Positions 38,310 through 52,775 are shown, counted from the first letter of the stretch. The stretch: 64,000 nucleotides of DNA from Heterodontus francisci (GCF_036365525.1 NC_090380.1:82283658-82347657); one strand, 5' to 3'. Notes: generated from the sequence alone by a model not told the origin. Numbers and translations: made by a program.

Positions 38310-38979
38310 GGGCTGGATTTTGTGGAGGAGGCAGGGCTCCCAGTGCTGGGCCGAAGAGGCGGGGGAACCCCACCTGGGCCTTTTCGTGCCCCACCAGTGC
38401 GATCCAAGCCTAAGTTTCCCACTCTGAGATCTCTGTCCCTTGAAAGATGGAGATCCCAACCTGAAGAGCTGCTGACCAGTCAGAGGGCTGTCAACTCAGC
38501 AGTATTGGCAGTGCCACTGGGAGTGGTGCAGAGGCCTTGGACACAGTAAGTGAAGCGGGGTTGCCGAGGCCAGTCCGGAAGGCCCCGGCGAGGGGGCTTG
38601 TAGGATGGTCAGCGTGAAACCCAGTTTGGGGTTCGGGGGAGGGTGGTCCATGGAGTTGTAGGTTCTGGCAGGGGTCTTCCGTGGGCCACAGATTGCTCAC
38701 AGAGGAGGAGCCCCCCCAAGCTCACTAGGAGTGCTCCTCGTTTTACAAGGTTAGATCCTCGTGGCAGTAGGTAAAGGCTCTTAAGCGACCATTAGTATGT
38801 CACTTAAAGGCCTCAATTGGCCTCTGGGTGGAAAGGCCAGCGTCGGCCTATCCCGCCTCCGGCAAAATCGCTTAGTGACAAGGAGATGACGGGCCCTCCA
38901 CCCCCTGCCACCCGTCGCGATTCAATGGGCTCCCTCCAGCCGCCAACTTCGCCTCAGGGGAGCCCATAAAATCCAGCCC
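38310..38979. mobile_element. GC-rich MITE, probably Harbinger-like
   Basis: TIR gggctggatttt ... aaaatccagccc. Confidence 0.7.
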
Positions 38980-39704
38980 AAAACTCATTGGCTAAAAGCA
39001 TAAGTCTGTCACCTGGTGGTTTATAGTTTGTACTACAGCAATATTACCTCTGATGAAAAAGAGCATTGATTTCTTGAGTGCATCGAGCAAGAAAGAAAGA
39101 ATGAAAACTAATGGATTTCTTTGCAGATCTTAATATCATTATGAGTTGCCAACTGGAAAAAAACAGATTTGAAGGCAATAAAAAAAGTTTGTGATGAACT
39201 TTCACACTAAGTGGTTCCATTTGTCAACTCGACGTGTAAAACTGGATTTAAGAGTTCCCCTGCCAGACATTATTTTTATCTACCTAATGCACTATTTGCA
39301 CTAGTTACTGGGAGAATATAGAAGCAAAGTCCCATTTCACTGAGTTTCTGCCCTGTTTATATTTGATGCACATTTCCTTGGACATACTGGGTGGAGCTTG
39401 GAGTATTTAAATGCTATGCAACTTCCTTACATAGACTCCAACTCTCCCAGAACTCCACTGTCTGAAATCTTTTTTGCATAAATTTCCATTCATCTATTAC
39501 TCCTAGAAGTGTCGCCTTTCATTGGCTTCCCATTCCTCAGCACACTGACTTCAAGATCCTCATCCTCATTTACAAATCCCTTCATAGTCTGCTCACTCAC
39601 ACCCGCGGCCCTATTGGAGCCTACTACACATTTTCCCTCCAGACTCCCCTAATTCTCTCCTACCCCTGCTCACCTCAGACTTACAACCTTGAAATGTCTT
39701 GGAA

Positions 39705-40186
39705 CATTTTTATTCTTTCTTGGGATGTGAATGTTGCTGGCAAGGCCAGCATTTATTGCCCATCCCTAACTGCCCTTGAGAAGGTGGTGATGAACTTCCC
39801 TCTTGAACCATTACAGTCTATGTGGTGTAGATCCACCCACAATGCTGTCTGTAGTAGTTTGATACAACTGAGTGGCTTGCTACACCATTTCAGAGGACAG
39901 TTAAGGGTCAACCGCATTGCTGTGGATTTGGAGTCACATGTAAGCCAGATCAGCTAAGGATGGCAGATTTGCTCCCCTGAAGGACATTAGCAAACCAGCT
40001 GGGTTATGACAACAATTCAGTAGTTTCATGATAATTATTAATGAGTCTAGCACTTTATGCCAGATTTATTAATTTAATTTAAATTCCTCCAGCTGCAGTG
40101 GTAGAATTTGAACTCATTGCTCTGGAGCATTAGTCTGGGCCTCTGGATTTCTAGTCCAGTAACATTACCACTATGCTACCTTCCCC
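39705..40186 (-). mobile_element. tRNA-derived SINE (same family as 27665-28070)
   Basis: Reverse-complement similarity in both head and tail. Confidence 0.75.
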
Positions 40187-40212
40187 CTTTGCTTTAATAG
40201 AGGGACTATATA

Positions 40213-40772
40213 CCATATATTCTCGTGTAAAAGTCGCCCCATGACTTTAGGCCAAAAAATCTTGAATTTTTCCTATATCTCTTGTAAAAGTTGACCTTAA
40301 CTTTCAGAGCGCAGACAGAACATTCAAACTGCACACTAGTATAAATACCCGAGTGTTCACCTAGGACCCCAACATTTTTTCAATATGGCACCAAGGAAGA
40401 ATAACAAATACACAGTGCAGTTTAAACTAAAAGTCATTGCGTGTACAGAGAAGGCAAATAATTGTGTGGCAGCAAGAGAATTCAAAATATCAGAGAAGAA
40501 TGTCAGAGTTTGGAGAAAGCTTTCCACACAGCTCATGAAGATCCCAAAGAATAAAAGTGCCAATAGGGGAAAGTCTAGCAAGTGGTCGCAATTAGATGGT
40601 AAAGTTACAGAATGGGTTGCCAGAATGGATATGTAGTTTTCCATGCATCCATCCAACTCTATGTCCCATCTCCGTGGTTATTATTTTGTTCATAAAGGTT
40701 TGAAAATATGACTCCAAATTTTAGCATCAAAAATTGGTGTCAAAAATTCTACTTTTACTCTCGTATATATGG
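40213..40772 (+). mobile_element. pogo/Tigger-type deletion derivative keeping a Brinker-like DNA-binding ORF (40385-40636)
   Basis: TIR ccatatattctcgtgtaaaagt / acttttactctcgtatatatgg with TA flanks; YTVQFKLKVI...AAREFKISEKNVRVWRK. Confidence 0.85.
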
Positions 40773-42421
40773 TAACTGTAATCTATTGCTATTGGGTCTC
40801 AACCCCTCCTGTTATGATTTAGCTGCCCTTCAAATATTTTATCTGACGCCCACAGACAAAGCAACACTTCCAATGAATCAAAGTGTGACCCTGTACACGA
40901 AGTAATCTACGAGGTAGGGTGCGCAGGATGAAAAATAACCCATTTACAATCAAAATGAATGCAAGATACAGATACTCCAGATTTCTCCGACTGATCGACA
41001 AATAATACTCTGACAGACCAAATGTCACAGGCTAGAAATTATTGTGTTTTTTTCATCCATTTTTGGGTAGTATTTTGGCAGGGGGATGTGAGAAATGCAG
41101 CGGGGAGCTATTCAGTGAGCTCCGTAACTTCCACCATTATCTCTGGGATTTCTCCACCAGAAATGACAGTGAAAACTATATTTGGATGGGTATATTAATA
41201 TTAAATGTCGATGATGGAAATATATCATTCAATCTATTTTCTGTTACTAATACCTTGTGTCCAGTGTTTCTAAGGCAGGAGGATTTAAAACTGAAAGGGT
41301 ATCAAAAACCATTGCAGTTGGTTGCAGAATGATCAATAGAGGTGCACTAATTAACTTTGTTGCCTCAGTTGGCATTGCCAGTTGCATTACATTGCTGCAA
41401 GTGCCACAGGGCTTTCCTTCCCCTCTATTCCATTGGACCTGAAATACCACTGTAAAGGCACCACAATTATTATAGTTGGAATGTTTGCTGTGGTTAGGGT
41501 AGAGTGAGAAAGGTGGGTGCTGGGCCTGACTTGTCACTGATCAGACAGGATTCCCAATGCAGAGGAAAATTCAGGCCTATGAATTAAGTTTATTAAGAAT
41601 GTCACAAAAACGTGCTATGCCGAATGATGACTTTTTTAATCCACAGGCTGGAAACCTGAGTTAAATTTTAAAAAAAGAAACAAAAACAGATAAAATATGA
41701 CTTTGCTAGCAGCTAAGATGGCCACCACAATTTGCATCACTGTACCCTACATTCCAATGCATCGAGGTAGAGACGAGTTGTCTGCCCAGTCCCCTCAAGA
41801 ACAATGACTTAGGGAATTGGAGTGAACTATCTATCCTACTCCCATTAGCAAGACATTAAGGCAATCACTTAGGGCATTAAACTGGTGGAGATGAACGCCT
41901 CAAACCTAATCACTTAAACAATGGGATCCTGGTTGAGAGATTTCCTAGACATTAACTGTTTAAGTTGCAAGAGGGAATACACACTTACAGCCATTATGTT
42001 GAATCACTGGGTGATGGTCATGTGACAGGCCCACTGTCTGTGTGTTTAAGCTGGTGTTTTCTCTGCAGCAATGAGACAAGCAGCTAGACTCCGACAAGAG
42101 AAGTGGGGTCCATCCTCCATCTCTCTCTCTCTCCAGTCCACCTTGCAAGCTTTGAACCCTGCCTCCTGGCCGTAACTACCTATCACTGCTGCAGGTGGAG
42201 ACCCCATGAAGGAAATCATCTGCATCGTTTTCTCCAGGAGAACCAACAAATCAGCGATTTACATCTGAAAACCGGAAGCCTCAGGACTACCCAATTCAGC
42301 CTGAAGTTAGCCGAGTCAAACTCTACAGACTGTATACCCCTTTTTATTGCTCTGGACTCTAATCCAACCAACCTATCCTTCCCCACTCTGTAACCTATTT
42401 GTGTATGTGTGAGAAGCTTGA

Positions 42422-42448
42422 GTGTGTGTGTGTGTGTGTGCGTGTGTG
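42422..42448. repeat. (TG)n microsatellite
   Basis: gtgtgtgtgtgtgtgtgtgcgtgtgtg. Confidence 0.9.
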
Positions 42449-42516
42449 AAAGTTGGAGTGTAGCTTATTATTTTACTTAGATTGGTTTAAGTACAATAAA
42501 GCTAACCTCTTATTTT

Positions 42517-43385
42517 TGTTACAACCGACCGTTCCAGTCAAAGCCCCCAATCAAAATATACTATTCTGATTGTGGTGGGAGAAACGCACTGTTAATTCAA
42601 TCCCATCCCTCCACAGATCGCCTAATATATCATCTAAACTTACCAAATTAAAGAAAGACACAGCCAAATTGTACCATCTATTAACCCCCAAATGAGGCTA
42701 ACCAAAACAGGTGTCTTTAAATCAGAAAATTAATTGTTTGATTAGAAAAACTAAATTCTTAAACACTACAAAGTTATAAACAACATTTAGAATAGAAAAA
42801 ATTGCAAATTTACACTTCCCGATGAACAATCTTCTGATTAAAGTCCACGTGCAATCTTCCAGGGTCCGATGAGGAAAGGAAAAGAGTCCAACACCCGAAG
42901 TTTCAAACTCCTCTTTCTTCCAGCGACGACCACAGTAGATCAACAGCTCGCAACCACTTTCAATAGAATCGATCTGGCTTTAGAATTTTTGAAGGATAAA
43001 AGATTGTCACAGTCTAACTTCCCTTCCTTCAGTTTAAATTATCAGAAATCTCTGTTTTGGCTTGACTTTTTAGAATTTTGTGAAAGAATAGTAAATAAAC
43101 AGACTAAATTATCTTCCTTCAGTTTAAATGGTCTGTTTCTCCTTTCATGTGCGAACACACAGCTGTCCGTCTGTGTCCTCTGTTAGAATAGGCTGTTTGC
43201 ACTATAAGCCAGTTCAAAACTAAATTGTAACAGATGTGTCTCTCGATGTTCAGTCCGAGTGGCTGTATCCAAAGTAATGAGAATGCATTCTTTAGAGCTT
43301 GCTGCCTTAAAGCAGTACGGCTCTTTTTCCAGCCTTAAAGGCACACTGCATTTGTCCCAGAAAAAAAAACTACAGGATCATAACA
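42517..43385 (-). mobile_element. Nested solo LTR, probably opposite orientation
   Basis: tgtta...taaca termini with near-TSD tttt/cttt, interrupting the outer LTR. Confidence 0.6.
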
Positions 43386-44084
43386 CTTTGTAAAACTCAA
43401 GAAAACCTGTCCAGTTGGTTCTTTTTATGATCATAGCACATAAATTGTTAAACACTGAATTGGCAAGTATATCCACCTTAAAAAAAAATAAACCTGTTGT
43501 AGTCAAACAAGGAGAGGGATAAGAGGGGAGACTTCAAACCCACCTCACCTGATTGTAACAAGAAGTAAGATTAAACAGAAGCAAGCAGATATATTCATTT
43601 AACTAGAGTAAATGATAAATTTTGTGAGCTTCCGTGGGGATTGCAATATTTCAGGGGAACTCCATTGAAAACAATGGTTTAGAATTAGGACATTAAGGAC
43701 TGAAATCAGGAAACACTTTTTCACACAGAAAACCTTTGTGAATCAGCATGGTCATGATAGATGATAGATTTCTATGAAAACAATGGAAATATGGAACTCT
43801 CTCCCCCAAATGCTGTAAATAATGGGTCAAATGAAATTTTCAAGATTGAAATCAATAATTTTTGTTACGTTAGGGTATTAAGATATATGAATTAAAAGTA
43901 GGTAAATGGATTTGAGGTACAGATCAGCTGTGATTTAATTCAATGGCAGAACTGACTTGAATGGAAAAATGGCCTACTTCTGTTCCTATGATGGAAATTG
44001 CAGGCAGAGCGTCCATGATTTTGCAATCCCTGCCAACTGTGTGTAAGGCCCCACTGGCAGCAAAGGATCTCAGGAATTAGCCGT

Positions 44085-44500
44085 CAGCTAGGAACAGTTG
44101 GTGTTACTCCTGCCTCTGAGTCAGAAGGCTGTAGGTGCTGACACCACTCCAGAACTTGAGTACTTAATCTCAGCCGACACTTCAGTGCAGTACTGAGGAA
44201 GTGCTCCACTGTCAGAGATGCCATCTTTCAGATAATATATTAAACCAAGGTCCCATTGACCTGCTCAAGTTGACAGAAAATACCCCATGGGACTATTTGA
44301 AAAAGAGTAGGAGGTTCTCCCAGTTTTAGGACCAAATTCCTCCCTTCATCAAAACAGATGAACTGGTCATTCATTCATTCACTGTTTTTGGGACCTTGCT
44401 ATGCTGCATAACAATGACTGTTCTTCTTAAAGCAAATCATTGGTTGTAAAGAACTTTGGGATATCCCAAGGACATGAAAAGCATCATATAGATGCATTTT
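44085..44500 (+). mobile_element. SacSINE1-like Deu-domain SINE, degenerate
   Basis: gcctctgagtcagaagg...cagtgcagtactgagg..gtgct..actgtc.gag.tgcc.tctttc.gat...taaacc.agg (Deu core, recalled consensus). Confidence 0.7.
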
Positions 44501-46374
44501 CATTATTTGATCACAATGAAGGAGCACTTAAGTTTTCAACTGTGCTTTAAACACATTTAAAAATTTATAAAATCCCAAACTTTTAACAATTCTCATAATC
44601 TGGGCCACAGGTTTGCGAGAAGATTTATAATTTCATAAATCTGCACAACCAGTGGGAAGCCTCATCCACTGGCTGTGCATATCAGGAAATTGAAGGCTTA
44701 CTACCTAAAATTTTCCATCCATCAAATTTAATGTGGGGAAAATTACAGTTGCGCAACCACAGTTTCCTTTAAGACCAGCTGGTGGGCAAAGTTCCTTGAT
44801 GCAGACATTTATAAACTAAAGAAACCTTGCTACAGGATTCCCACTGTATTCTGTCTTTATTTTGAAGTCCAAACTAGCATAAAACAGGTTTCCAAGTCGC
44901 CAGTCAGCCTGACAGACTTTCCTGACAAAAGGGATGATTTTCAATCATGAAGAAAATAAGCTTGAAGCTATGGTGTACATATTCGGCAAGACCAGCTCGT
45001 TAACATTATTGTAATATGCTCTTCGTGTTGGTTTCTCAAGTGGACAGGAAATTTGAAGCAGCTCTTAAAAGACTGCAACACAATTTTTTTTAATGCAAAC
45101 CTTTCATGGCAGTCTCTGCTCGGCAGAACCAAGTCCCAGAACTGCTGCCTCAACTCTAGAAGTGCTACTGGGGAAGGTGCTACAGAAGAAGGTCCACATT
45201 TGTGAGGCGATGAGGAATCCTCTAAACAAAGGCAGGAGATGGCCGACAGAGCCAGTGCTGTTTCTAATGCAACAAGTTTCTGTCACTTGGGTAAACTTTG
45301 TGGCTAACAATTGTTTAGCATCTCTATAATAATCTGCTTCTCTTGAGTGTTGCCCATATCACCATGGGCCAAGTAAATGCAACACATATCTCGCATCTGA
45401 AGAGGTGTAGCTGATGACTGGTAAAACTGAAGTTTCTCCATATCCCAGCCCACACAGGATGTTCATTGCAGTTATCAAAATGCAGATCTTCACACCAGCC
45501 TGTTCAATACACCCTTCATGTATTGCAACATCATATGATGGTTTTGATAATACTAAATATAGAGTATTTGGAAATATTTTTAGAAATATTTAATTAAAGT
45601 CAGAACTGTGGCTGTTGTTAATGCAGTTTATTTATTTACAGTACAGTGTAGCAGCCAAACTCTTAAACTGCACACTTTTTGAAAAAGCACAAAACTTTGC
45701 ATGCTGATACTTTGCTGGTGTGCATTTTTAGACATGCTGCCATAATTAAGTGCAATCGATTGCATGTACTACATATCAGGTCACTGTCTAAAATAATGTC
45801 CTTGTGGTTTCAGACTAAGAACTCACAGATTTGAACAGAAGAAGGCAAGTCCATGGGGGAAGAAGCGATCTCAAGGCAGGGGAAAGAGGGTCCCAGCACA
45901 GCATAAGGAGAATACAACTGATCAGATTGTAGCCTCGTACCTGTGCGTAGAGCTCTGTGGACTACCTAACTTGTTTAACTTGTCATGCACGTGGGGAGAT
46001 AAAATGCTGAACGTACTTACACCCTACAGCGACCAGAACTAAAACTAATGGACTAAAGCCAATGATGAAGGAAAGTCATCCAAGTGCTTTAGTGCATCAA
46101 TTTCTAAATATTTATGACCAATGTCCTGTGGTTATGGTGAAAGCAGACAGGGTACTAAGGGGCATTCACAGGACAGTTTACAATAAAAAATGTCTACCAT
46201 TTTGTCACAGCACAAGACACATGTGTAGGACCCATAAGGTTAATTCACAGTTTAAACACTATAATCATCTAGATAGAGTCAAAGAGCTGGTTCTGTATAC
46301 TTTGGAGAGGTGTAGACTCAGGGATTTTGATTGTGGAATCATGATTTGGAAGATTGAAGTCAATGGGAATTGGG

Positions 46375-47400
46375 AGAATGCTCAATGGTTGATATCATAC
46401 CTAATACAAAGGAAGATTGTCATGATTGCTGGAGGTCAATCATCTCAACTCCAGGACATTGCTGCAGGAGTTGCTCAGGGTAGTGTCCTGGACCAAACCA
46501 TCTTCAGCTGCTTCATCAATGACTTTCTCTCCATCATAAAGTCAGAAGGGGCGTTCGCTGATGATTGCAGTGTTCAGTTCTATTCACAACTCCTCAGATA
46601 ATGATGCATTCCGTCACCACATGCAGCAAGACCTGGACAACATTCATGCTTGGGTTGATAAATGGTGCCACACAAGTGCCATGCAATGGCCATCTCCAAT
46701 AAGAGAGAATCTAACCACCTCCCTTTGACATTCAACTGTGCTACCATCATTGAACCCTCCACCATCAACATCTTGAGGGTCACCATGAACCTGAAACTTA
46801 ACTGGACTAGCCATATAAATATTGTGGCTACAAGAGCAGTTCAAAGGCTGGGCATTCTCAGCAAGTGACTGACCTCCTGATTCCCCAATGCCTTTTGACC
46901 ATCTACAAGGGACAAAGCAGGAGTGATGGAATACTCTCTGCTTGCCTGGTTGAGTGCAGCTCTAACACTTAGCATCCAGGACAAAGCAGCCCGCCTGTTT
47001 GGCACCCCATCTACCACCTTAAACAGCCATTCCCTCCACCACCAGTGCACTGCGGCAATGAGTACCATCTATATGATGCACTGAAGTAACTTGCCAAGAC
47101 TTCTTCGACAGCACCTTCCAAATCTGCAATCTTTACCATCCAGAAGGACAAGGGCTACAGACATATGGCATCACCACCACCTCTAATTTCCCCTGACTAG
47201 GAAACATAACACTGTTCTTTTACCGTTGCTGAGTCAAAAACCTGGAACTCCCTACCTAACAGCACTGTGGGAGTATCTTCATCACACAGACTGCAGTGGC
47301 CAAGAATGCAGCACACCACCACCTTCTCAAGGCCAATAGGGATAGGCAATAAATGCTGGCCTTACCAGCGACACCTACACCCCATGAATGAATAAAAAAA
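46375..47400 (+). mobile_element. CR1-clade LINE 3' fragment
   Basis: AGVAQGSVL...FSCFIND...FADDC; poly-A tail after ccatgaatgaat. Confidence 0.85.
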
Positions 47401-47964
47401 ATGAAGGGACTAGGTTGTGTTTATATGGACCAATTATTTCAACTGAATAGATTAGGGGGGCCAGGGGTCAAGCTTACAAGTGTTGCAAAAGCAAAACTAT
47501 ATTGGATGTTAGGCAGGTCTTCATTTCTTGAGAATAATGGATCTGCGGAACAGGTTGCTGGCTTATGCAGTTAATGCTGATTTGCTATATTGCTACAAGA
47601 AAGACCTGTTACTGGCTAAGAGTGAGATCACCTCATATAAGAGCTCGGCATCCTGTAATATCTATGTGATCCTCTGGACTAGTTTTAATCACCTAAAGGG
47701 GTGATATTTTCAGATATTTTTCATAATTGGCCTGGACTTGTATTTGGCTTCTCTCCTCTCCCCAGTGGGTGGAGAGTATCTTTGGTGATGCAACGGAAAC
47801 TATATGGGCCAGACTTGATGGAAAAGTAGGTGTTTTCCTGTCTGTCATTTTTAGGTGTTTGTACTGATGCTTTTAAATGTAAGTGTTTGATAAATCTTAA
47901 GTACAGTTAACATTCAGTCTGTTTCCTAATGGAACAGCAAGATTGCTTTGGATTAACATTTAAA

Positions 47965-48313
47965 GGGCGGCACAGTGGCGCAGCGGTTAGCACCGCAGCC
48001 TCACAGCTCCAGCGACCCGGGTTCAATTCTGGGTACTGCCTGTGTGGAGTTTGCAAGTTCTCCCTGTGTCTGCGTGGGTTTCCTCTGGGTGCTCTGGTTT
48101 CCTCCCACATGCCAAAGACTTGCAGGTTGATAGGCCATTTTAAATTGCCCCTAGTATAGGTAAGTGGTAGGGAAATACAGGGACAGGTGGGGATGTGGTA
48201 GGAATATGGAATTAGTGTAGGGTTAGTGTAAGTGGGTGGTTGATGGTCAGCACAGACACGGTGGGCCGAAGGGCCTGTTTCAGTGCTGTATCTCTAAACT
48301 AAACTAAACTAAA
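47965..48313 (+). mobile_element. HE1-type SINE, full length
   Basis: gggcggcacagtggcgcagcgg A box, ggttcaattct B box, (ctaaa)n tail. Confidence 0.88.
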
Positions 48314-48934
48314 GTATAACCCTCTCAACATACCTAGGTTTCCAAATTGCAAGCATTTCTACTACATGATGTTGAAACATCATTTTAATAACAGCAACAG
48401 GAATAGAATCTTTGCACGTATTTTGTACTTTCACTACTTGAGCAGTAAACTAGGGTGTGGATCACCCACCTGTTTAGAAATCGCCAAATTCTCATTCCCA
48501 CTATAAGGACAGGTAATCTGTTCTACTGCTCCCCCCCACCACCTAGCCACTAGCACTAGGCCGCACCGCTTCCATCCTCTCGGCCACTCACTTCAACATC
48601 ACCTCGTCACCCCTTGTGGCCCACCTTTCTTCTTCGGGCGTCGCCTGGTGATTAAGTGAGTAGCCGAGAGGAGGGAAGTGGCGAGGCCTAGAGCTAGCGG
48701 CTTGGGGGGTGGGGGGGGCTGTGTCGGGGAGCGACCAACCGACCGGAGAGCGGGGTGGCACGAGCGGGGAACAATGGGCCAGGGGAGTGGGAGGGAGCAG
48801 TGAGGTCTGGAGCGAGCGGCTGAGGGGTGGGGGAGGTGGCCTGTGGGGAGGAGGGGCATTTGTCGGGGGGCTGGTCAGCAAAATTAATTGGGTCACACTT
48901 GGCCCGTGGGTCATACTTTGGGGACCCCTGTTTT

Positions 48935-49375
48935 ATGTCCACCTAAACAGGCAGATGAGGCCTCAGTTTAACATCTCATCTGAAAGACAGCAGCTCCAAC
49001 AGTGCAGCATTCCCTCTCTCCTGCACTGGAGGGGCAGCCTTGATCTTTGTGCTCAAGCCCTGAAGTGGGACTTGAACTTGGAACCTTGCATCTCAGAGGC
49101 AAAAGTGCTACTAACTGAATCATAGCTAAACAACCAGTTAATGTTGTGCTGGTATTGGATGAGGGATAAATGTTGGCCAGAACAACTTGCTTCTTTTCTT
49201 TGAGTATTGCCATAGGATTTTGCATCCATCAGAACAAGCAGTTTCGGTTTAATGTCAAAAGACAATGCAGCATTCCCTCAGTACTGCACTGAAGCATCAA
49301 CTGAGAACTGTGTGTTCAAATCAAACCCACAACCTCCTGCTTCAGAAGTCAGAGCGCTGCCGCTGAGTAAGTTGA
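48935..49375 (-). mobile_element. Two partial Deu-domain SINE copies
   Basis: Reverse complement of the core at ~44100-44300, present twice. Confidence 0.65.
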
Positions 49376-51052
49376 CACTGTATCTCACCATAGTTGTTTT
49401 ATTCATGAACCTCAGGCTATATTTGTATGTATTAGTACAAATTTTAATTTTGTCCGACTCACACTATGAAATATGTTTTTACTGTCAGTGATGTTTCATG
49501 CAAATTCTTAAGATTTGGAATAATTATTCTCTTTAAAACTAACTCCTCGTTTCATTGTACTTGCTCTCCCTACCATAGCTAGTTGTGGTATCTGCAACTA
49601 ATATTCGCCAAGCTGAATGAATTTACTATTGGCTATTTATTTTGCATTTGTTTATAGCCAAAGCAGAAAATTGTTTATTTTTCCTTCCCTCCCTATATAT
49701 TTTGATCTTTAAACTTGTTAAATTTCATTTAATCAATTATTTCTGTAATTTTGCACATGCATTTTAGATCGCAGTAACTATAGGGCTGATGTCCCAATCA
49801 GCAGCTCCAAATGATGTGCAGTACTGGTTGAGCAATCCATTTTTATTAATAAGTGGAAAATCAGAGGCTGCATTTCCTAAGCATGCTTGTTGTGAACAGT
49901 GCCCTTCATTGGGCGCAACCAATTGGGAAATCAGCTTTATATTTCTTGAACAAATTACTGTGGATTCTTTTGTCAGATCTGGTGTGTCTAAGCTCCAAAA
50001 TCACTGTGCAATCTATCTACCTCTCTGTCTGGAACCAAAGTATACAGTTGCCCTTTCCCCTTGAATTACAGGGGGAAAAACAAGACACAACAATTAGATA
50101 GTTTATTTAAGTGAGACATAAAACAGATTCATAATGATCAACTTTCCTTTATCTCCTGAGTTGCTTTATAGGAAAATACACTAGCATTTAACTCTATAGA
50201 GACATTCAGGGCAATATTAACTTACACCAGTTGTTAAAAAAATTCAGGCAATGTAAAGTAACATTGGGTGATGTGTGAAAACAGTTTTCCACCCAATCCT
50301 GTGGGTTGCCAATTTGGTTAAAATTACCCTCATTATGTCAACATAATGAAGTCAAATTCTTGGCAATTTTTTAAGTTTAAATATATGTGTGCATCCATTG
50401 GAAATACAGGAACACTACTTTGAATTAGTTAGAATGTATCTGCATCAGACTGATGTGTTTTATGTTATCAAGAAGAGTAAACAATTCCACAAAACAGAAA
50501 ATGTGTTATAATGCTTAACAGTGGAATCAACCACCAAATTGAACTATCATAAGATCTATGTACAAGCCACATGCACTATCTCTGCTAATCAATAGACATA
50601 CCCTCATGTTATCTAAATGCTGAACAAAGCACTCAATGCTGACCTGGCACAATCCTCAGACATGGAGGTGAACAGATGAAATGAGCCCTGAACTGACAAA
50701 GAGGACACCTTTGTGAAACATCCCTGAGTGATCTCAGAATTTGAGTGCAAGAAACCAGTATTGTTCAAAAGATTAGCAGATTTTCTGTGAAATTTTACAA
50801 GCTATATGAACATAACTAACATTTATATTCATCTAAACTCTCAAATTTTCAGCCCTTGTGCAAATGTCCTTTGATTCACTTAACAGTATTCATGTGACTT
50901 GCATTCTTTTGATCAAAGAACAATACCATATGAATAGGCAACAACAACAATCATTTATAAAGTGCTCCTCATGTAAAACAATATCTCAAAGTGGCTTACA
51001 AGGAAGAGAGGTGGGCACCAAGTGGAAAATTAAGAACTTGTTTCGGGGCAAC

Positions 51053-52775
51053 TTTTTTATTCGTTCAGGGATGTGGGCGTCGCTGGCTAGGCCAACAATT
51101 ATTGCCCATCCCTAATGCCTTTGAGAAGATGGTGGTGAGCTGCCTTCTTGAACCGCTGCAGTCCTTGGGGTGCAGATACAACAGTGCTGTTAGGAAGCGA
51201 CAGTGAAGGAACAGCAATATATTTGGCTTGGAGGAGAACTTGCAGGTGGTGGTGTTTCCATGCATCTGCTGTCCTCGTCTTTCCAGGTGGTAGAGGCCGC
51301 AAGTTTGGAAGGTGCTGCCAAAGGAGCCTTGGCAAGTTGCTGCAGTGCATCTTGTAGATGGTGCACACTGCTGCCACTGTGTGTCATTGGTGAAGGGAGT
51401 GAATGTTAAAGGTGGTGGATGGGGTGCCAATCAAGGGGGCTGCTTTGTCCTGGATGGTGTCGAGCTTCTTGAGTGTTGTTGGAGCTGCACCCATCCAGGC
51501 AAGTGGAGTGTATTCCATCACACTCCTGACTTGTGCCTTGTAGATGGCTTTGGGGAATCAGGAGGTGAGTTACTCACCACAGAATTCCCAGCCTCTGACC
51601 TGCTCTTTAAGCCACAACATTTTATATGGCTGATCCAGGTCAGTTTCTGGTCAATGGTAACCCCCAGGATGTTGACAGTAGGGGATTCTGCGATGGTAAT
51701 ACCATTGAATGTCAAGGCGAGATGGTTAGATTCTCTTGTTTGAAATATTCATTGCCTGACACTTGTGTGTTGCGAATGTTACTTGCTACTTATCAGCCCA
51801 AGCCTGGATGTTGTCCAGGTCTTGCTGCATATGGACATGGGCTGCTTCATTATCTGAGGAGTCGCGAATGGTGCTGAACATTGTACAATCATTAGCAAAT
51901 ATCTCCACTTCTGACCTTATGATGGAGGGAAGGTCATTGATGAAGCAGCTGAGGATGATTGGGCCTTTGACACTACCCTGAGGAACTCTTGCAGTGATGC
52001 CCTGGAACTGAGATGATTGACCTCCAACAACCACAACCATTTTCCTAGTGCTCCAGTGGAGCATTTTCCCCCTGATTCCCATTGACTCCAGTTTTGCCAG
52101 GGCTCCTTGATGCCATACTCAGTCAAATGCTGCTTTGATGTCAAGGGCAGTCACTCTCACCTCACCTCTGGTGTTCAGCTCTTTTGTCCACATTTGAACC
52201 AAGGCTGTAATGAGTTCAGGAGCTGAGTGGCCCTGGCTGAACCCAAACTGAGCGTCAGTGAGCAGGTTATTGCTAAGCAAGTGCCGCTTGATAGCACTGT
52301 CGACGACTCCTTCCAACACTTTGCTGATGATCAGGAGTAGACTGATAGGGTGGTAATTGACTGGGTTGGATTTGTCCTGCTTTTTGTGCACAGGAATTAC
52401 CTGGCAATTTTCCACATTGCTGGGTAGATGCCAGTCTTGTAGCTGTACTGGAACAGCCTGGCTAGGGGCATATCTAATTCTGGAGCACAAGTCTTCAGTA
52501 CTATTGCTGGAATGTTGTCAGGGCCCATAGCCTTTACAGTATATAGTGCCTTCAACTGTTTCTTGATATCACATGGAGTGAATCAGAGTGGTTGAAGACT
52601 GGCATCTGAGATGCTGGGGACCTTAGGAGGACGCCGAGATGGATCATTCACTTGGCATCTCTGGCTGAAGATTATTGCAAATGCTTCAGCCTTATCTTTT
52701 CCACTGATGTTCTGGGCTCCCCTATCATTGAGGATGGGGATATTTGTGGAGCCACCTCCTCCTGTCAGTTGTTTA
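51053..52775 (-). mobile_element. CR1-clade LINE fragment
   Basis: NYHPISLL, QFGF, ALDIKAAFD, VPQGSV, FANDC. Confidence 0.85.

Larger units (their letters stand above)
41600..43560 (+). mobile_element. Solo LTR (TGTCAC...GTAACA) with 4-bp TSD AGAA, containing a second LTR
   Basis: TG..CA termini, flanks agaa/agaa, internal aataaa at ~42495 and a (TG)n tract. Confidence 0.7.

Noticed and set aside
48540-48930. GC-rich patch as a CpG-island promoter
   Set aside because: It ends in a sequence resembling a hAT-type terminus (cagggg..cccaaagtatg on the minus strand), so it is more likely a transposon remnant; the other end was not found.
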